Below, in pieces: positions 37,483 through 47,168 of a stretch of DNA of 64,000 nucleotides. Source of the DNA: an uncultured Vicinamibacteraceae bacterium (GTDB taxonomy: Bacteria > Acidobacteriota > Vicinamibacteria > Vicinamibacterales > UBA8438); NCBI GenBank assembly GCA_964342185.1, contig CAYFER010000005.1, positions 18,316 through 82,315 of the forward strand. The letters run 5' to 3'. A model generated the notes under the pieces. That model searched no databases. It was not told where the DNA came from and was given only the letters and a program-made list of their open reading frames with translations. The position numbers and the translations under genes are program-made. How positions within the stretch are numbered: position 1 is the first letter of the stretch; each line of letters opens with the position of its first letter.

Positions 37483-38582
37483 GACAGCCCCCAAGGGAAG
37501 AAAACACGTTGCACAAACCAAATCCCGCCGACCACGATGACGATGACCGAACCAACCGTTGCCAGACGTTGGCCAGCCAATTCGCTACGCGCCCGTAATG
37601 CCACCAACGCCGCCGCTGCGGCGAGGACAACCGCTAGTTGGCCAATTTCAACACCCACATTGAAAGAGACGAGTGACCAAGCTACGTCCCGATTCGGTAA
37701 ATCCATCGCTCGAAGAATTCCAGCAAACCCAAACCCATGGATCAATCCGAAGATAAAAGCGATCCACGCACGCATGTCTCGGCCACCACCAACCAATAGA
37801 TTATCGGCACCGACCCAGACGATACTGAGCGCGATCGCCGGCTCAACAATATTCGAGGGCGGGCTGAAAACATTTAGTACTGATAAAGAAAGGGTGACAC
37901 TGTGGGCCAGCGTGAAAGCGGTCACGACAATCAGTAACTGCCGAACACTACCACCCAGCAACAACAGCCCAACCAGAAACAGCAGATGATCGGCTCCCGT
38001 CAAAATGTGTTCTACGCCCAGTGGTAAAAACCGCTGCACCACGGCGCGTGTACCCTGCCAGGTTCCCAAGAAATACTCCGTCCTTGGATGATTCAAATCA
38101 AGGATGGCCTGATTTCTTAGTTCACCTGCTTCGTAAACATTGAGAAACGTCTGGTGCCGTGGGTCGTACGGAAACAGGAGAGCATCAATCCCAATTACGC
38201 CGGGCGTCTGATTAAAAACATAGTGAAATCGAAGTCGCACCGATTGACGATCGGGCAGCACTTCAGGAGTAAGCCAGTTAGGTTTAAATACTCGGTCTCC
38301 AGTCGACAGACGCAGGCGTCCCTCCACCAAATCAGCCATTGCGTCGGCTTGTTCCACAACAAATGCTTGGTCGAGTAATTGCTCTGGTGGATCAATCTCG
38401 AGGTCATGCGCTAGATCGATAATATGCACGACCAAGGTAGCCTCGCCGCCGCCAGTCTCTCCAAGGCGAAGATCAAGGTAGCTGAAAGGGATCGGATGTG
38501 CTTGAGCGATCCCTGCGGCAGCTAGACTACTGATTAGCGCCAGTAGCGTAAGACGAATTCCAAAAATCCAGCGTGCAGTCAT
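37479..38582 (-). CDS. HupE/UreJ family membrane protein with a ~190-aa N-terminal periplasmic extension
   Basis: 367 aa. Signal peptide, a soluble domain, then GVEHILTGADHLLFLVGLLLL, TAFTLAHSVTLS and FGLIHGFGFAG, typical of HupE/UreJ (Ni/Co transporter-like) proteins. Confidence 0.7.
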   Translation of the reverse strand: MTARWIFGIRLTLLALISSLAAAGIAQAHPIPFSYLDLRLGETGGGEATLVVHIIDLAHDLEIDPPEQLLDQAFVVEQADAMADLVEGRLRLSTGDRVFKPNWLTPEVLPDRQSVRLRFHYVFNQTPGVIGIDALLFPYDPRHQTFLNVYEAGELRNQAILDLNHPRTEYFLGTWQGTRAVVQRFLPLGVEHILTGADHLLFLVGLLLLGGSVRQLLIVVTAFTLAHSVTLSLSVLNVFSPPSNIVEPAIALSIVWVGADNLLVGGGRDMRAWIAFIFGLIHGFGFAGILRAMDLPNRDVAWSLVSFNVGVEIGQLAVVLAAAAALVALRARSELAGQRLATVGSVIVIVVGGIWFVQRVFFPWGLS

Positions 38583-38594
38583 GCACGCCTCACG

Positions 38595-39503
38595 CTACTC
38601 TTCGATTTCGTCAAAAACAACCTGCACGTAGGCCTGAAGCCGTTCGGCCGGTGGCTTGCGATACCCCATGAACCTCGGCGGAACTTGCCAGACGCGTGCA
38701 AATTCTTCTGCTGAAAAACCATCCCTTTTGGCCGATCGGGCCGCACTAACAAATGCTCCTACAAAAGTCGCATATTCGCGAAGATCGTCTCGCATCATCG
38801 GGGTACTGTGGCCCGTGATGATTGTATCGATTTCAGGAACACCCGCGTACGCATTCCAAAGAGTGACCGGGTAATCAACACCACTCCCACCGTTGTTCGC
38901 ATCCATGATTGGAACTTGCTTACCTGGGAATACATCGCCGGCGTGCATGACACGCAGCGAAGGAAAAACCACCCACGCGTCGCCGCCCGTATGCGCGCGA
39001 CCAAAGTAATGAAGATCAACCTGGTCGGCACCGCTCCCTAGGGTCAAGCTATCGGTAAACGTCTGGGTCGGCATTCCCTGTCCACCACTTGTGTCAAACA
39101 CATTTGGAGGCTCTCGACCCAAGCCAGTAACCGGGTTCCATTCACCCATCAACTGTTCGGTGTTTTCGTGAGTCACTACACTGACAGTCGTCGGAAAATC
39201 AACGTTGCCACTCACATGGTCGAAGTGCGTATGAGTATTGATAATCGTCGTTACCGGGTTAGAGGTTAGTTCACCGATCTTGTCGAGAAGCGGCTGACCC
39301 CAACCAGCCAGCTTGGTATCAACGAGCACCACACCGTCACTGGTCACGAAGGCTGCCGAGTTCCCGCCGCCGCCCCGAAGAACGTAGAGGTTATCCCTCA
39401 GCTGGTCGACCTCAACTACCTGTTCACCCTGCTGTGCCGTGCCAACCGCTAGTGATAGCGAACAAACGACTAACAACACTCCAAAAATCACCGTTCTTTT
39501 CAT
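38595..39503 (-). CDS. secreted MBL-fold metallo-hydrolase (copy A)
   Basis: 302 aa. Signal peptide, then INTHTHFDHVSGN (HxHxDH) and ...GRAHTGGDAWVVFP, TIITGHST. Close paralogue of 52279..53199. Confidence 0.8.
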   Translation of the reverse strand: MKRTVIFGVLLVVCSLSLAVGTAQQGEQVVEVDQLRDNLYVLRGGGGNSAAFVTSDGVVLVDTKLAGWGQPLLDKIGELTSNPVTTIINTHTHFDHVSGNVDFPTTVSVVTHENTEQLMGEWNPVTGLGREPPNVFDTSGGQGMPTQTFTDSLTLGSGADQVDLHYFGRAHTGGDAWVVFPSLRVMHAGDVFPGKQVPIMDANNGGSGVDYPVTLWNAYAGVPEIDTIITGHSTPMMRDDLREYATFVGAFVSAARSAKRDGFSAEEFARVWQVPPRFMGYRKPPAERLQAYVQVVFDEIEE

Positions 39504-40039
39504 TACCCTACCTCCCTAGCCACGCTTGCCAGAACCCAGCAATCCTAACGCAAAAACGACAGGGCTGCTGCCAGTTTTTTAATCAACCCTAACGAATCAG
39601 TCGACCGAGGAAAAGATCGGCGCGAAACCCAATGACTCTATTCTGGCAACCGATATGCGATGAGTGCACCAGGGAAGCCGCCGCCGCTGATAGCCATGAC
39701 GATATACTGGCTGACTGTAAACAGGTCCGGTCGAGTTTAGAGAGCAAGGAAACGTTCAGCTTTTCGACGAATTGACGGTAATCTTGCACCCATCGTGCCG
39801 AAGTAACCAGACCCTCTGTCACGCCCAATTTTCAATTAATTCAAAAGTCGCGTGACTTCTTCAAAAAGTGGACGGTCCCACAGGTTAGTACTGCCGACCT
39901 CATCATCGCACGTCACCTATCACTCGACAACAGGTTAAGGGTCTGTCTGCCCCACAGAGATGGGACATGCTTGCGGAACATTTGAAAGAGATCTATCGTG
40001 GCGAGTACCAGATCAAGAAATCATTGCAGGAGGTAGTAA

Positions 40040-40978
40040 ATGCGCACTCGCGTGGCCGGGCTGCTTGTCGTTTTGACCCTCGTCGTTTTACTGGTGCCAT
40101 CGCCAACCGTTGCTCAGTCCGCCAACGCACCACGGACCCCTTGGGGAGACCCTGATCTCGAAGGGATCTGGTCGTATGCGAGCTTGACACCCCTTCAAAG
40201 ACCAGCTGACTTGAGCAATCGTGAATTCTTCACGCCTGAGGAGGCTGCAAGTCGCAACGCCGCGACAAGCGTAGATCGACCTCCCCAACCCGGCAGTGTT
40301 GGAAACTACAATGCATTATGGTTCGATCGTGGGACAATCGACCCCAGTCTGCGAACGTCGCTTATTATCGACCCCCCGAACGGTCGACTACCTCTGACCC
40401 AGGAAACACAAGCACGGATCGCTTCCGAGCGGGAATACCGAGATAGTCATCCAGCCGATTCGTGGCTGGACCGCAGCCCGTGGGATCGATGCATCACGTA
40501 TCACGGTGTACCTCCGGTCTCAACCGGCTACAACAATACCTATCACATCGTGCAGTCACCCGGATACGTTGCCATTTTGGTGGAGAACATTCACGATGTT
40601 CGGATCATTCCTCTTGACGGACAACCACAGCTGGAGTCTTCAATTCGACAGTGGAACGGTGATTCCCGAGGTCATTGGGAAGGTGACACACTGGTTGTTA
40701 AAACCACAAACTATAGTACTCAAACGCGCCTGCGTTTTCCGTCGTCACCAGAGACAACTGCGGTGGAACGTTTCACGCGAATCAATGCCGATCTAATCGA
40801 CTATCAATTTACGGTGGAAGATCCGTCAGTCTATACAAGCGCATGGACTGCTGTTCGACCGATGCCGAGAATCCCAGACTATCGGATTTACGAGTACTCG
40901 TGTCACGAAGGCAACTACGCAATGTCAAACATTCTGAGCGGTGAACGACAACGTGAAAAAGCGACAGCGAGAGACTAA
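40040..40978 (+). CDS. secreted protein, same paralogous family (copy 5)
   Basis: 312 aa. GGAGG with a 7-nt spacer before the ATG. Signal peptide, then APRTPWGDPDLEGIWSYASLTPLQRP, WDRCITY, WNGDSRGHWEGDTLVVKTTNY and YEYSCHEGNYAMSNILSGER. Confidence 0.7.
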   Translation: MRTRVAGLLVVLTLVVLLVPSPTVAQSANAPRTPWGDPDLEGIWSYASLTPLQRPADLSNREFFTPEEAASRNAATSVDRPPQPGSVGNYNALWFDRGTIDPSLRTSLIIDPPNGRLPLTQETQARIASEREYRDSHPADSWLDRSPWDRCITYHGVPPVSTGYNNTYHIVQSPGYVAILVENIHDVRIIPLDGQPQLESSIRQWNGDSRGHWEGDTLVVKTTNYSTQTRLRFPSSPETTAVERFTRINADLIDYQFTVEDPSVYTSAWTAVRPMPRIPDYRIYEYSCHEGNYAMSNILSGERQREKATARD

Positions 40979-41133
40979 ATTAATGAGGACTGTTACCGAA
41001 TGGCGCTGAACTGAATCATTGTGTTCTTAGTAGTCACGCTGTCTCACCTAATATCTCAACCAACTGACCCGCGTGTGAGTGGTGGCCGACAAAAGCACGC
41101 GGCCTTCATATATTTTATAGATATGGCACTAAT

Positions 41134-41907
41134 GTGACGCTCACGTTTCGGCGAATCCTGTTGGTCCTTGTGCCTGTAGTCTGCGCCAATTTAGCGGTGC
41201 TCGCGCAACCGCGGTCCAGTGGTTGGGGGCAGCCAGCTCTTCCGTACGATGGTCGATTCACGTTCGTCCGCCTTCGATGGACCTCCGGAACTTACGGTGC
41301 TCCGGTGGCCGGCCAAGGTTTCAATTTCTGGCTGCATGAATTTCCCCGTGCCGAGCAAAACCTGATGGCCGTACTCGGCGATCTCACCCTCGTCAACACC
41401 CGAACAAACGGGAGCCTCATCCTCACACTTGATGACCCCGACCTCTTCAAATACCCAATTGTCATGATGTGGGAACCCGGTTTTTGGACGATGACGGACC
41501 ACGAAGCTGGACGCCTTCGCGAATACATATTGAAGGGAGGATTGGTCATTTTTGATGACTTCGAGCGTGAGCAGTGGGACAATTTCGCCGCCCAAATGGA
41601 CCGAGTCATTCCAAACGCTGATTGGATTGCCCTGGAGGAGAATCACCCCATATTTAATTCATTCTTTCGTATCGATCAAATTGACACTCCACACCCGATT
41701 AACCACCACCTGTTCGGATACAAGCCTGAATATATTGGATTATTTGAAGATAACAATTCCGACAAACGCCTGATGGCGATCGTCAATTACAATACCAACC
41801 TTGCTGAATATTGGCAGATGGCCGGAACGGGGTTCTTCCCAATCGAATCCGAAAACATCGGGTTCAGGCTTGGAATTAATTACATGTTGTACGGCATGAC
41901 CCACTAA
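41134..41907 (+). CDS. DUF4159 domain-containing protein (secreted)
   Basis: 257 aa, GTG start, signal peptide. Contains FTFVRLRW..., DFPRAEQNLM, LDDPDLFKYPIVMMWEPG, ...LREYILKGGLVIFDDF and HPIF, a pattern I associate with DUF4159. Confidence 0.6.
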   Translation: MTLTFRRILLVLVPVVCANLAVLAQPRSSGWGQPALPYDGRFTFVRLRWTSGTYGAPVAGQGFNFWLHEFPRAEQNLMAVLGDLTLVNTRTNGSLILTLDDPDLFKYPIVMMWEPGFWTMTDHEAGRLREYILKGGLVIFDDFEREQWDNFAAQMDRVIPNADWIALEENHPIFNSFFRIDQIDTPHPINHHLFGYKPEYIGLFEDNNSDKRLMAIVNYNTNLAEYWQMAGTGFFPIESENIGFRLGINYMLYGMTH

Positions 41908-42264
41908 ATTGGCCCGTAGTTTGAACAACCGCGAATAGTTACAGGCTCTTGGGCAGAAGAATCTGTCATTATTCTTTAAAGAGACATTCTGACTTCAAAA
42001 ATCATCATTATAAAATAACCAAATTTTTGGATATACATAAGTATCTTACTTATCAACAACTTATATGTTTGTGACTCATACAAAAACCAAATAATCGTTT
42101 TTGTGCCAATTTATTTTGTCTTTATCTGTCTAGAATGTTCCGTATATTCCTTAATTTTCCATAAAAAACCAAGCTGGCCCGCTTTTTGCATGTTATCGTG
42201 TCTGCTGGTGTGGGCGAACCAACCGCCAAGCGGATTCTAAAGAGCTTGAGTGGTGAGTTACTAT

Positions 42265-42294
42265 TTGACATCGTGTGCTTACACAGGCTATATA
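42265..42294 (+). promoter_or_regulatory. possible sigma70-type promoter upstream of the TonB-dependent receptor gene
   Basis: TTGACA (42265-42270), an 18-nt spacer, then TATATA (42289-42294). This would give a ~105-nt leader. Sequence match only. Confidence 0.3.
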
Positions 42295-42408
42295 GTGCGT
42301 TACTGCGTCTTTCGCCATCGTAAAATTGTTTTTTAGTTAATTTTAGATGGGGTCATTCACAGTGTTTCCGGGGGCCGGTGCCTCCGAAAATGAATGAAGG
42401 AGACAAAC

Positions 42409-45400
42409 ATGAGGATGCGTAAGCTAGGAGTGGGAAAGGCCGCGCTGGTTCTTTGCTCTTTGCTGCTAGTGCCTGCAGTGGCATCGGCTCAGGATGCCGG
42501 TATCGCTGGAGTCGTGTCGGATGATACCGGCGGTGTGTTGCCTGGTGTCACGGTCACCGCAGCAAGTCCAGCCCTAATCGAGCAACAGCGAATAGCTATC
42601 ACCGACGGTGAGGGTCGATTCGCGTTCGCCGGGCTCACAGTAGGGACTTATTCAGTCGAATTTTCCCTGCCCGGGTTTAACCAGATTCGCCGAGAAGGCG
42701 TCGAGTTAACATCTGGTTTCACCGCCAACATCAGCGTTGAACTTGGTGTGGGTGGTATTGAAGAAACCATTACGGTCACGGGCGCAAGTCCCGTGGTCGA
42801 TATTCAGAACGTGCGTCGGCAAACACTGGCCACGGCTGAAGTGCTTTCAACGCTCCCGATGAGCACCAAGCACGTCAACAATCTTGTCACGCTGACGCCT
42901 GGATTTACCGGCCTAGCTGACGTTGGCGGTCGCTACAGCTCACAGGTGGGTGGCGAATATCACGGTAAAGCCGGAACCAAAGTCTCCATGGATGGAATGG
43001 GCGTCGAGAATAGCTTTGGTAACAGCAGTTATCAGATCAATGCTGCGGCCGTTCAGGAAATGGTCTTGCAGACCACGGGTATTTCTGCTGACACCAACGC
43101 CGACGGCGCAGTCGTCAACGTCATCCCGAAAGAAGGTGGAAACACCTTTAGCGGTATCCTCGCTGGCTTTTTTGCCAATGACAGCATGGAGTCCAACAAC
43201 GTCAACGCGAATCTAAAATCCAAGGGTATTTCCAAGCCAAACTCGACGACCAAAATGTGGGACGAGTCGATCAGCTTGGGCGGCCCAATCAAGCGAGATA
43301 AGTTGTGGTTCTTCTTCGCCGGTCGCAGCTGGGGCTTCACTCGAGAGGGTGCTAACGTCTTCTGGAACAGGTGCACGCATCCCGGCCAATCGTGTGCTGA
43401 CGGACGGTACATGGGTGCGTCCGAAGGAACAAAGCGGCAGGTGGTACGGCTCGAAAATTACACCGACCGTCCGAAGGACCGCTACAGTGGCCGACTTGAG
43501 TGGTACGACTCTTACCTGAGCCGTCTCACATGGCAGGCCAGCCAGAAGAACAAATTTAATGTCACTTACGACGAACAGCGTGCTTGCAACTGCGGTTCGA
43601 CGAACGGTTCGAGATTGCAGGAAACGTCACCTGGCTATCGATTCGACCCCAACAGGCTGACACAGCTGTCGTGGACGTCGACTCAGACCAGCCGTCTTCT
43701 GATCGAAGCGGGTGCGACATTTGCCATCTCGCAGTGGAACACGTTCCTGATGCCAGGTGTTGACGCAAGTGACGTCACGATTGCCGACCAAGGTCTTGGT
43801 TTGACCTACGGGAACTATGCCTGGTTGCGTGGTGACCCGAACCACACTGACCGTTACAGTCAGCGGTTCTCGGTTTCCTACGTCACGGGTTCGCATAACT
43901 TCAAGGCGGGCATGGCCTCTGAGCAGTTGGTCGACAATGTCTACCTCCTCAGGTCTGGTGAGGTTCAGTACCGCTTCAGAAATGCTGTCCCGAACCGCAT
44001 CACGCAATATTCGACACCGTATCTCCAGAGGGACCGTGCGCGCGACCTTGGTATCTACGCGCAGGACCAATGGGTTATCGACCGGTTGACCATTAACATG
44101 GGTGTCCGACTGGATACGCTCTACGGCTACACGCCGGCACAGGATCTGCCGGGCGCACCTGATGAACCTAACCCCTGGGGCGGATTCGAACGCGTCAATG
44201 AGTGGCTTGGTGAACGTTCCTATGCCCGGCGTGAAGGCACACCGAATTGGAAAGATATCAATCCGCGTGTCGGTCTCGCCTACGACGTATTTGGCGACGG
44301 CCGTACAGCTCTCAAATGGTCGCTTGGCCGATACGTTGCCAAGATCGGGACGGAAATCACCAATGCAAACAACCCCATCGTTCGGTCAATTAACTCAGTC
44401 AACCGCTCGTGGAACGACGCGAACGGCGACTACATCCCGACCTGCGATTTGGGTAACTTCAGTGCCAACGGCGAGTGCGGAGCTATCTCGAACAAGAACT
44501 TCGGTGCGGGAAATCCAAACGCAGTCCGTTGGGACGACGCTGTGCTGAATGGGCTTCGTGACAGCAACTGGGATATGTCAGCTGAGCTCCAGCAAGAACT
44601 CACTGACGGTCTGTCAATGACGGTTGGCTACTACTTCAACAATGGTGGCTACAACCAGCAGAACAACAGCAAGAACCGCGTGACCGACAATACTGCCGTT
44701 GGCACTGCCGATTACGACGAGTATTGCGTCACGATACCGACCGATAGTCGCCTCCCGAACAGCGGCCAACAGCTGTGTGGCCTGTATGACATCAAACCGT
44801 CTAGTTTTGGAAATGTCGACAGCTACATTACCCAGAGCCAGCTCTTTGGGGATGTGATTATGCGCAACCACTTCTTCAACGTCACGTTCGACGGACGGCT
44901 TCCCAACGGGATTCAGTTCGGTGGCGGTGTGGACACCGGGCAGTCAACAAACAACCGGTGCTTCGTGGTTGACACTCCGCAGGAGTTGCTCTACTGCAAC
45001 GATGTAACGCCGTTTAGTGCGCAGACTCAAATGAAGGCGTTCGGGTCAGTGCCGTTACCGGGTGACTTCCTGGTGAGTTTCGCGTATCAGAACCTTTCCG
45101 GTCCTGAGTATGCGGCCAACTTGCTCTACTCGAGTGCACAAATCGAACCGTCATTGGGTCGGCCGCTCTCAAGTGGTGGCTATCGCTCAGTGCCGATCGT
45201 GGCTCCGTCAACATTGTTTGAAGACAGAATCACGAGGCTTGATTTCCGAGCGAGCAAGATCATCAACTACAACCGCTTCAGGTTCCAGATTAACTTTGAT
45301 GCGTATAACCTGATGAATTCCAGCTCCATCCGAACAGTCAACAGCACCTACGGATCACGCTGGGGATACCCGAATTCAATTATCGACCCACGGATTCTTG

Positions 45401-45426
45401 AGTTCGGTGGACAGATCGACTTCTAA
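42409..45426 (+). CDS. TonB-dependent-receptor-like outer membrane protein with an N-terminal carboxypeptidase-regulatory-like domain
   Basis: The start is set at ATG 42409, with GAAGGAG 6 nt upstream. Signal peptide ...VPAVASAQDAGIAGVV.D..GGVLPGVTVTA (CarboxypepD_reg), a plug-like region, a long beta-barrel, and a terminal ...EFGGQIDF (C-terminal aromatic residue). Confidence 0.8.
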   Translation: MRMRKLGVGKAALVLCSLLLVPAVASAQDAGIAGVVSDDTGGVLPGVTVTAASPALIEQQRIAITDGEGRFAFAGLTVGTYSVEFSLPGFNQIRREGVELTSGFTANISVELGVGGIEETITVTGASPVVDIQNVRRQTLATAEVLSTLPMSTKHVNNLVTLTPGFTGLADVGGRYSSQVGGEYHGKAGTKVSMDGMGVENSFGNSSYQINAAAVQEMVLQTTGISADTNADGAVVNVIPKEGGNTFSGILAGFFANDSMESNNVNANLKSKGISKPNSTTKMWDESISLGGPIKRDKLWFFFAGRSWGFTREGANVFWNRCTHPGQSCADGRYMGASEGTKRQVVRLENYTDRPKDRYSGRLEWYDSYLSRLTWQASQKNKFNVTYDEQRACNCGSTNGSRLQETSPGYRFDPNRLTQLSWTSTQTSRLLIEAGATFAISQWNTFLMPGVDASDVTIADQGLGLTYGNYAWLRGDPNHTDRYSQRFSVSYVTGSHNFKAGMASEQLVDNVYLLRSGEVQYRFRNAVPNRITQYSTPYLQRDRARDLGIYAQDQWVIDRLTINMGVRLDTLYGYTPAQDLPGAPDEPNPWGGFERVNEWLGERSYARREGTPNWKDINPRVGLAYDVFGDGRTALKWSLGRYVAKIGTEITNANNPIVRSINSVNRSWNDANGDYIPTCDLGNFSANGECGAISNKNFGAGNPNAVRWDDAVLNGLRDSNWDMSAELQQELTDGLSMTVGYYFNNGGYNQQNNSKNRVTDNTAVGTADYDEYCVTIPTDSRLPNSGQQLCGLYDIKPSSFGNVDSYITQSQLFGDVIMRNHFFNVTFDGRLPNGIQFGGGVDTGQSTNNRCFVVDTPQELLYCNDVTPFSAQTQMKAFGSVPLPGDFLVSFAYQNLSGPEYAANLLYSSAQIEPSLGRPLSSGGYRSVPIVAPSTLFEDRITRLDFRASKIINYNRFRFQINFDAYNLMNSSSIRTVNSTYGSRWGYPNSIIDPRILEFGGQIDF

Positions 45427-45450
45427 TCGAGAGGTCTGATTACATCTTCC

Positions 45451-45493
45451 GCGCTGGGGCGGCTCTTCGGAGCCACCTCAGCGCGTTTTTTTT
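45451..45493 (+). terminator. rho-independent terminator of the receptor gene
   Basis: GCGCTGGGGCGGCTC-TTCG-GAGCCACCTCAGCGC forms a GC-rich hairpin followed by GTTTTTTTT. Confidence 0.75.
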
Positions 45494-45518
45494 GTACGGA
45501 TGTTTTGAGCAAACGGCC

Positions 45519-47168
45519 CTAAGGAAGTTCTTCCTGCGTCCACGGGATACGGCAGGGTTCACCACGTTCATACCGAGCGAGGTTCACTTCGAGTCTCGCA
45601 GTTACTTCCACAAGACCAGCTTGTTGGGCAGCAATCAATAGATCGCGTTGCACGGCTGCAGCCTGAGCGTATTCACCAAGTTCGGCCAACATCATCGCGG
45701 TCGTTTCGCCAAGTTCAATGGTCTGTTGCTGCTCAAGAAGTCGTTCAATCAACTGTTGCGCCAAACTAGCGTCTCGCACCTGGTCATCCGGAGCCGCTGA
45801 CAACAAGCGCGCTAACGCATGCGTAAACAATGGATGATCAGGATACCGTTCGCTATCGGCGGACAGTCTGGTTCGCGCGTCGGCGTAACGCTCTAATCGC
45901 ACGAGGGTCATTGCGTAGCCAAACGCTGCGTCCTGATGTGCCGGATCCATTTCAAGCACGCGTTCGTATTCCGCCAGCGCCTCACGGGGTTGCCCACTGC
46001 GCCCCAGGACACCGGCAAGTTGCGTCCGTGCTTGAATGTTGACCGGATCGTGCTCCAACGCTATTGAAAAATTGTCAATGGCCTCTTGATGCCGACCCGC
46101 TGCCGCGCGAAGTATGCCCAGGCTGTAGCGCGCGGCAACATAGCCAGAATCCGCACGAATCGCCGCTTCGAATGCGGCTTCCGCGCCAGCCTCGTCTGCC
46201 AGTTGATAAAGTGCAGTCCCGAGGCGGTGATGCAATGACGGATCCGTCGGCGCGAGTTCCAATCCTCTACGAAACCAAGTGGCGGCATCAGCCCAGTTGC
46301 CAACGTCCATGGCTTGCCCCCCCCTGACGTTGTAGGCTTCGGCACTTTCAAGCAATGAACCAACTTCTTGCATCAGTGGATCTCTGGGACTGACTTCCAC
46401 GTCTCCCCGCTGGTCAAGATGTCTCTCCGCGCGGTCGAGGTCTCCCAAGTTCCGATAAGCCATGGCCAGCGGAACATGGATGGTCGACGCCTGGGGCCGA
46501 AATGCGAGCGCCGCCTCAAAGTCCTGAACTGCTTGGGTAGAATCACCGTTCGCTAGCGCCACACGACCTGCTCCAAACCTAGCCGCGGCTGACGTCGGTC
46601 GTATGGCCAATGCTTGACTGAATAACGGTTCAGCAGCTTCAACCAGGCCCTGATCAAGATAAATGTCACCGAGCCAAACGAGTGTTGCCACATCGTTCGG
46701 TGCAAGTTCTAGCGCACGCTCAAAGGCAGTCGCAGCGGCGTCGATGGGACCAGTGTTCCGATAGACATGACCCAGATAATAGGGCCATCGTCGGTCATCA
46801 GGAAGAAGTGTCTGGGCATTGCCGTAGCATGTCCCGGCAGCCTCAAAAAAGGACGCTGCCAGCAACAGGTTGCCCATATCCCCGTAGGCACCCCCGAGAG
46901 CTGCAGCACTTTGACTCCCATCTTCAATGGCAGACCTCACTAGAGCAAGTTGGACGTGCATCTGCTCGCGAACCGATTCAGCCATGACAGAAAAGTCCGG
47001 CAGTACAACGGGTTGCAGATTCCGACCCGTTGGAGGTTCAACTCTTGAAGTATCACCGGGCACCGCCAAAACATTCTGCTCCGCCGGGTCCGGGTCAGAA
47101 CCGGCACACCCGCTACTCAGCAAAGCGCAGGCCACCCAACTAGTTTGGCACCAGATTCGGATTCGCAT
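45519..47168 (-). CDS. TPR-repeat protein, secreted or possible lipoprotein
   Basis: 549 aa. N-terminus WVACALLSSGCAG, then more than 10 TPR-like units (A...Y..AL...P....A...LG..Y...G). Confidence 0.75.
   Translation of the reverse strand: MRIRIWCQTSWVACALLSSGCAGSDPDPAEQNVLAVPGDTSRVEPPTGRNLQPVVLPDFSVMAESVREQMHVQLALVRSAIEDGSQSAAALGGAYGDMGNLLLAASFFEAAGTCYGNAQTLLPDDRRWPYYLGHVYRNTGPIDAAATAFERALELAPNDVATLVWLGDIYLDQGLVEAAEPLFSQALAIRPTSAAARFGAGRVALANGDSTQAVQDFEAALAFRPQASTIHVPLAMAYRNLGDLDRAERHLDQRGDVEVSPRDPLMQEVGSLLESAEAYNVRGGQAMDVGNWADAATWFRRGLELAPTDPSLHHRLGTALYQLADEAGAEAAFEAAIRADSGYVAARYSLGILRAAAGRHQEAIDNFSIALEHDPVNIQARTQLAGVLGRSGQPREALAEYERVLEMDPAHQDAAFGYAMTLVRLERYADARTRLSADSERYPDHPLFTHALARLLSAAPDDQVRDASLAQQLIERLLEQQQTIELGETTAMMLAELGEYAQAAAVQRDLLIAAQQAGLVEVTARLEVNLARYERGEPCRIPWTQEELP

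Noticed and set aside
41191-41646. 151-aa and 105-aa minus-strand ORFs inside the DUF4159 gene
   Set aside because: These are antisense shadow ORFs. The plus-strand protein has a signal peptide and family-typical motifs.
42180-42393. Cobalamin, TPP or other riboswitch in the leader of the TonB-dependent receptor
   Set aside because: I could not find a B12-box-like or other recognisable riboswitch core by eye. This is left as an open check under the AT-rich-region finding.
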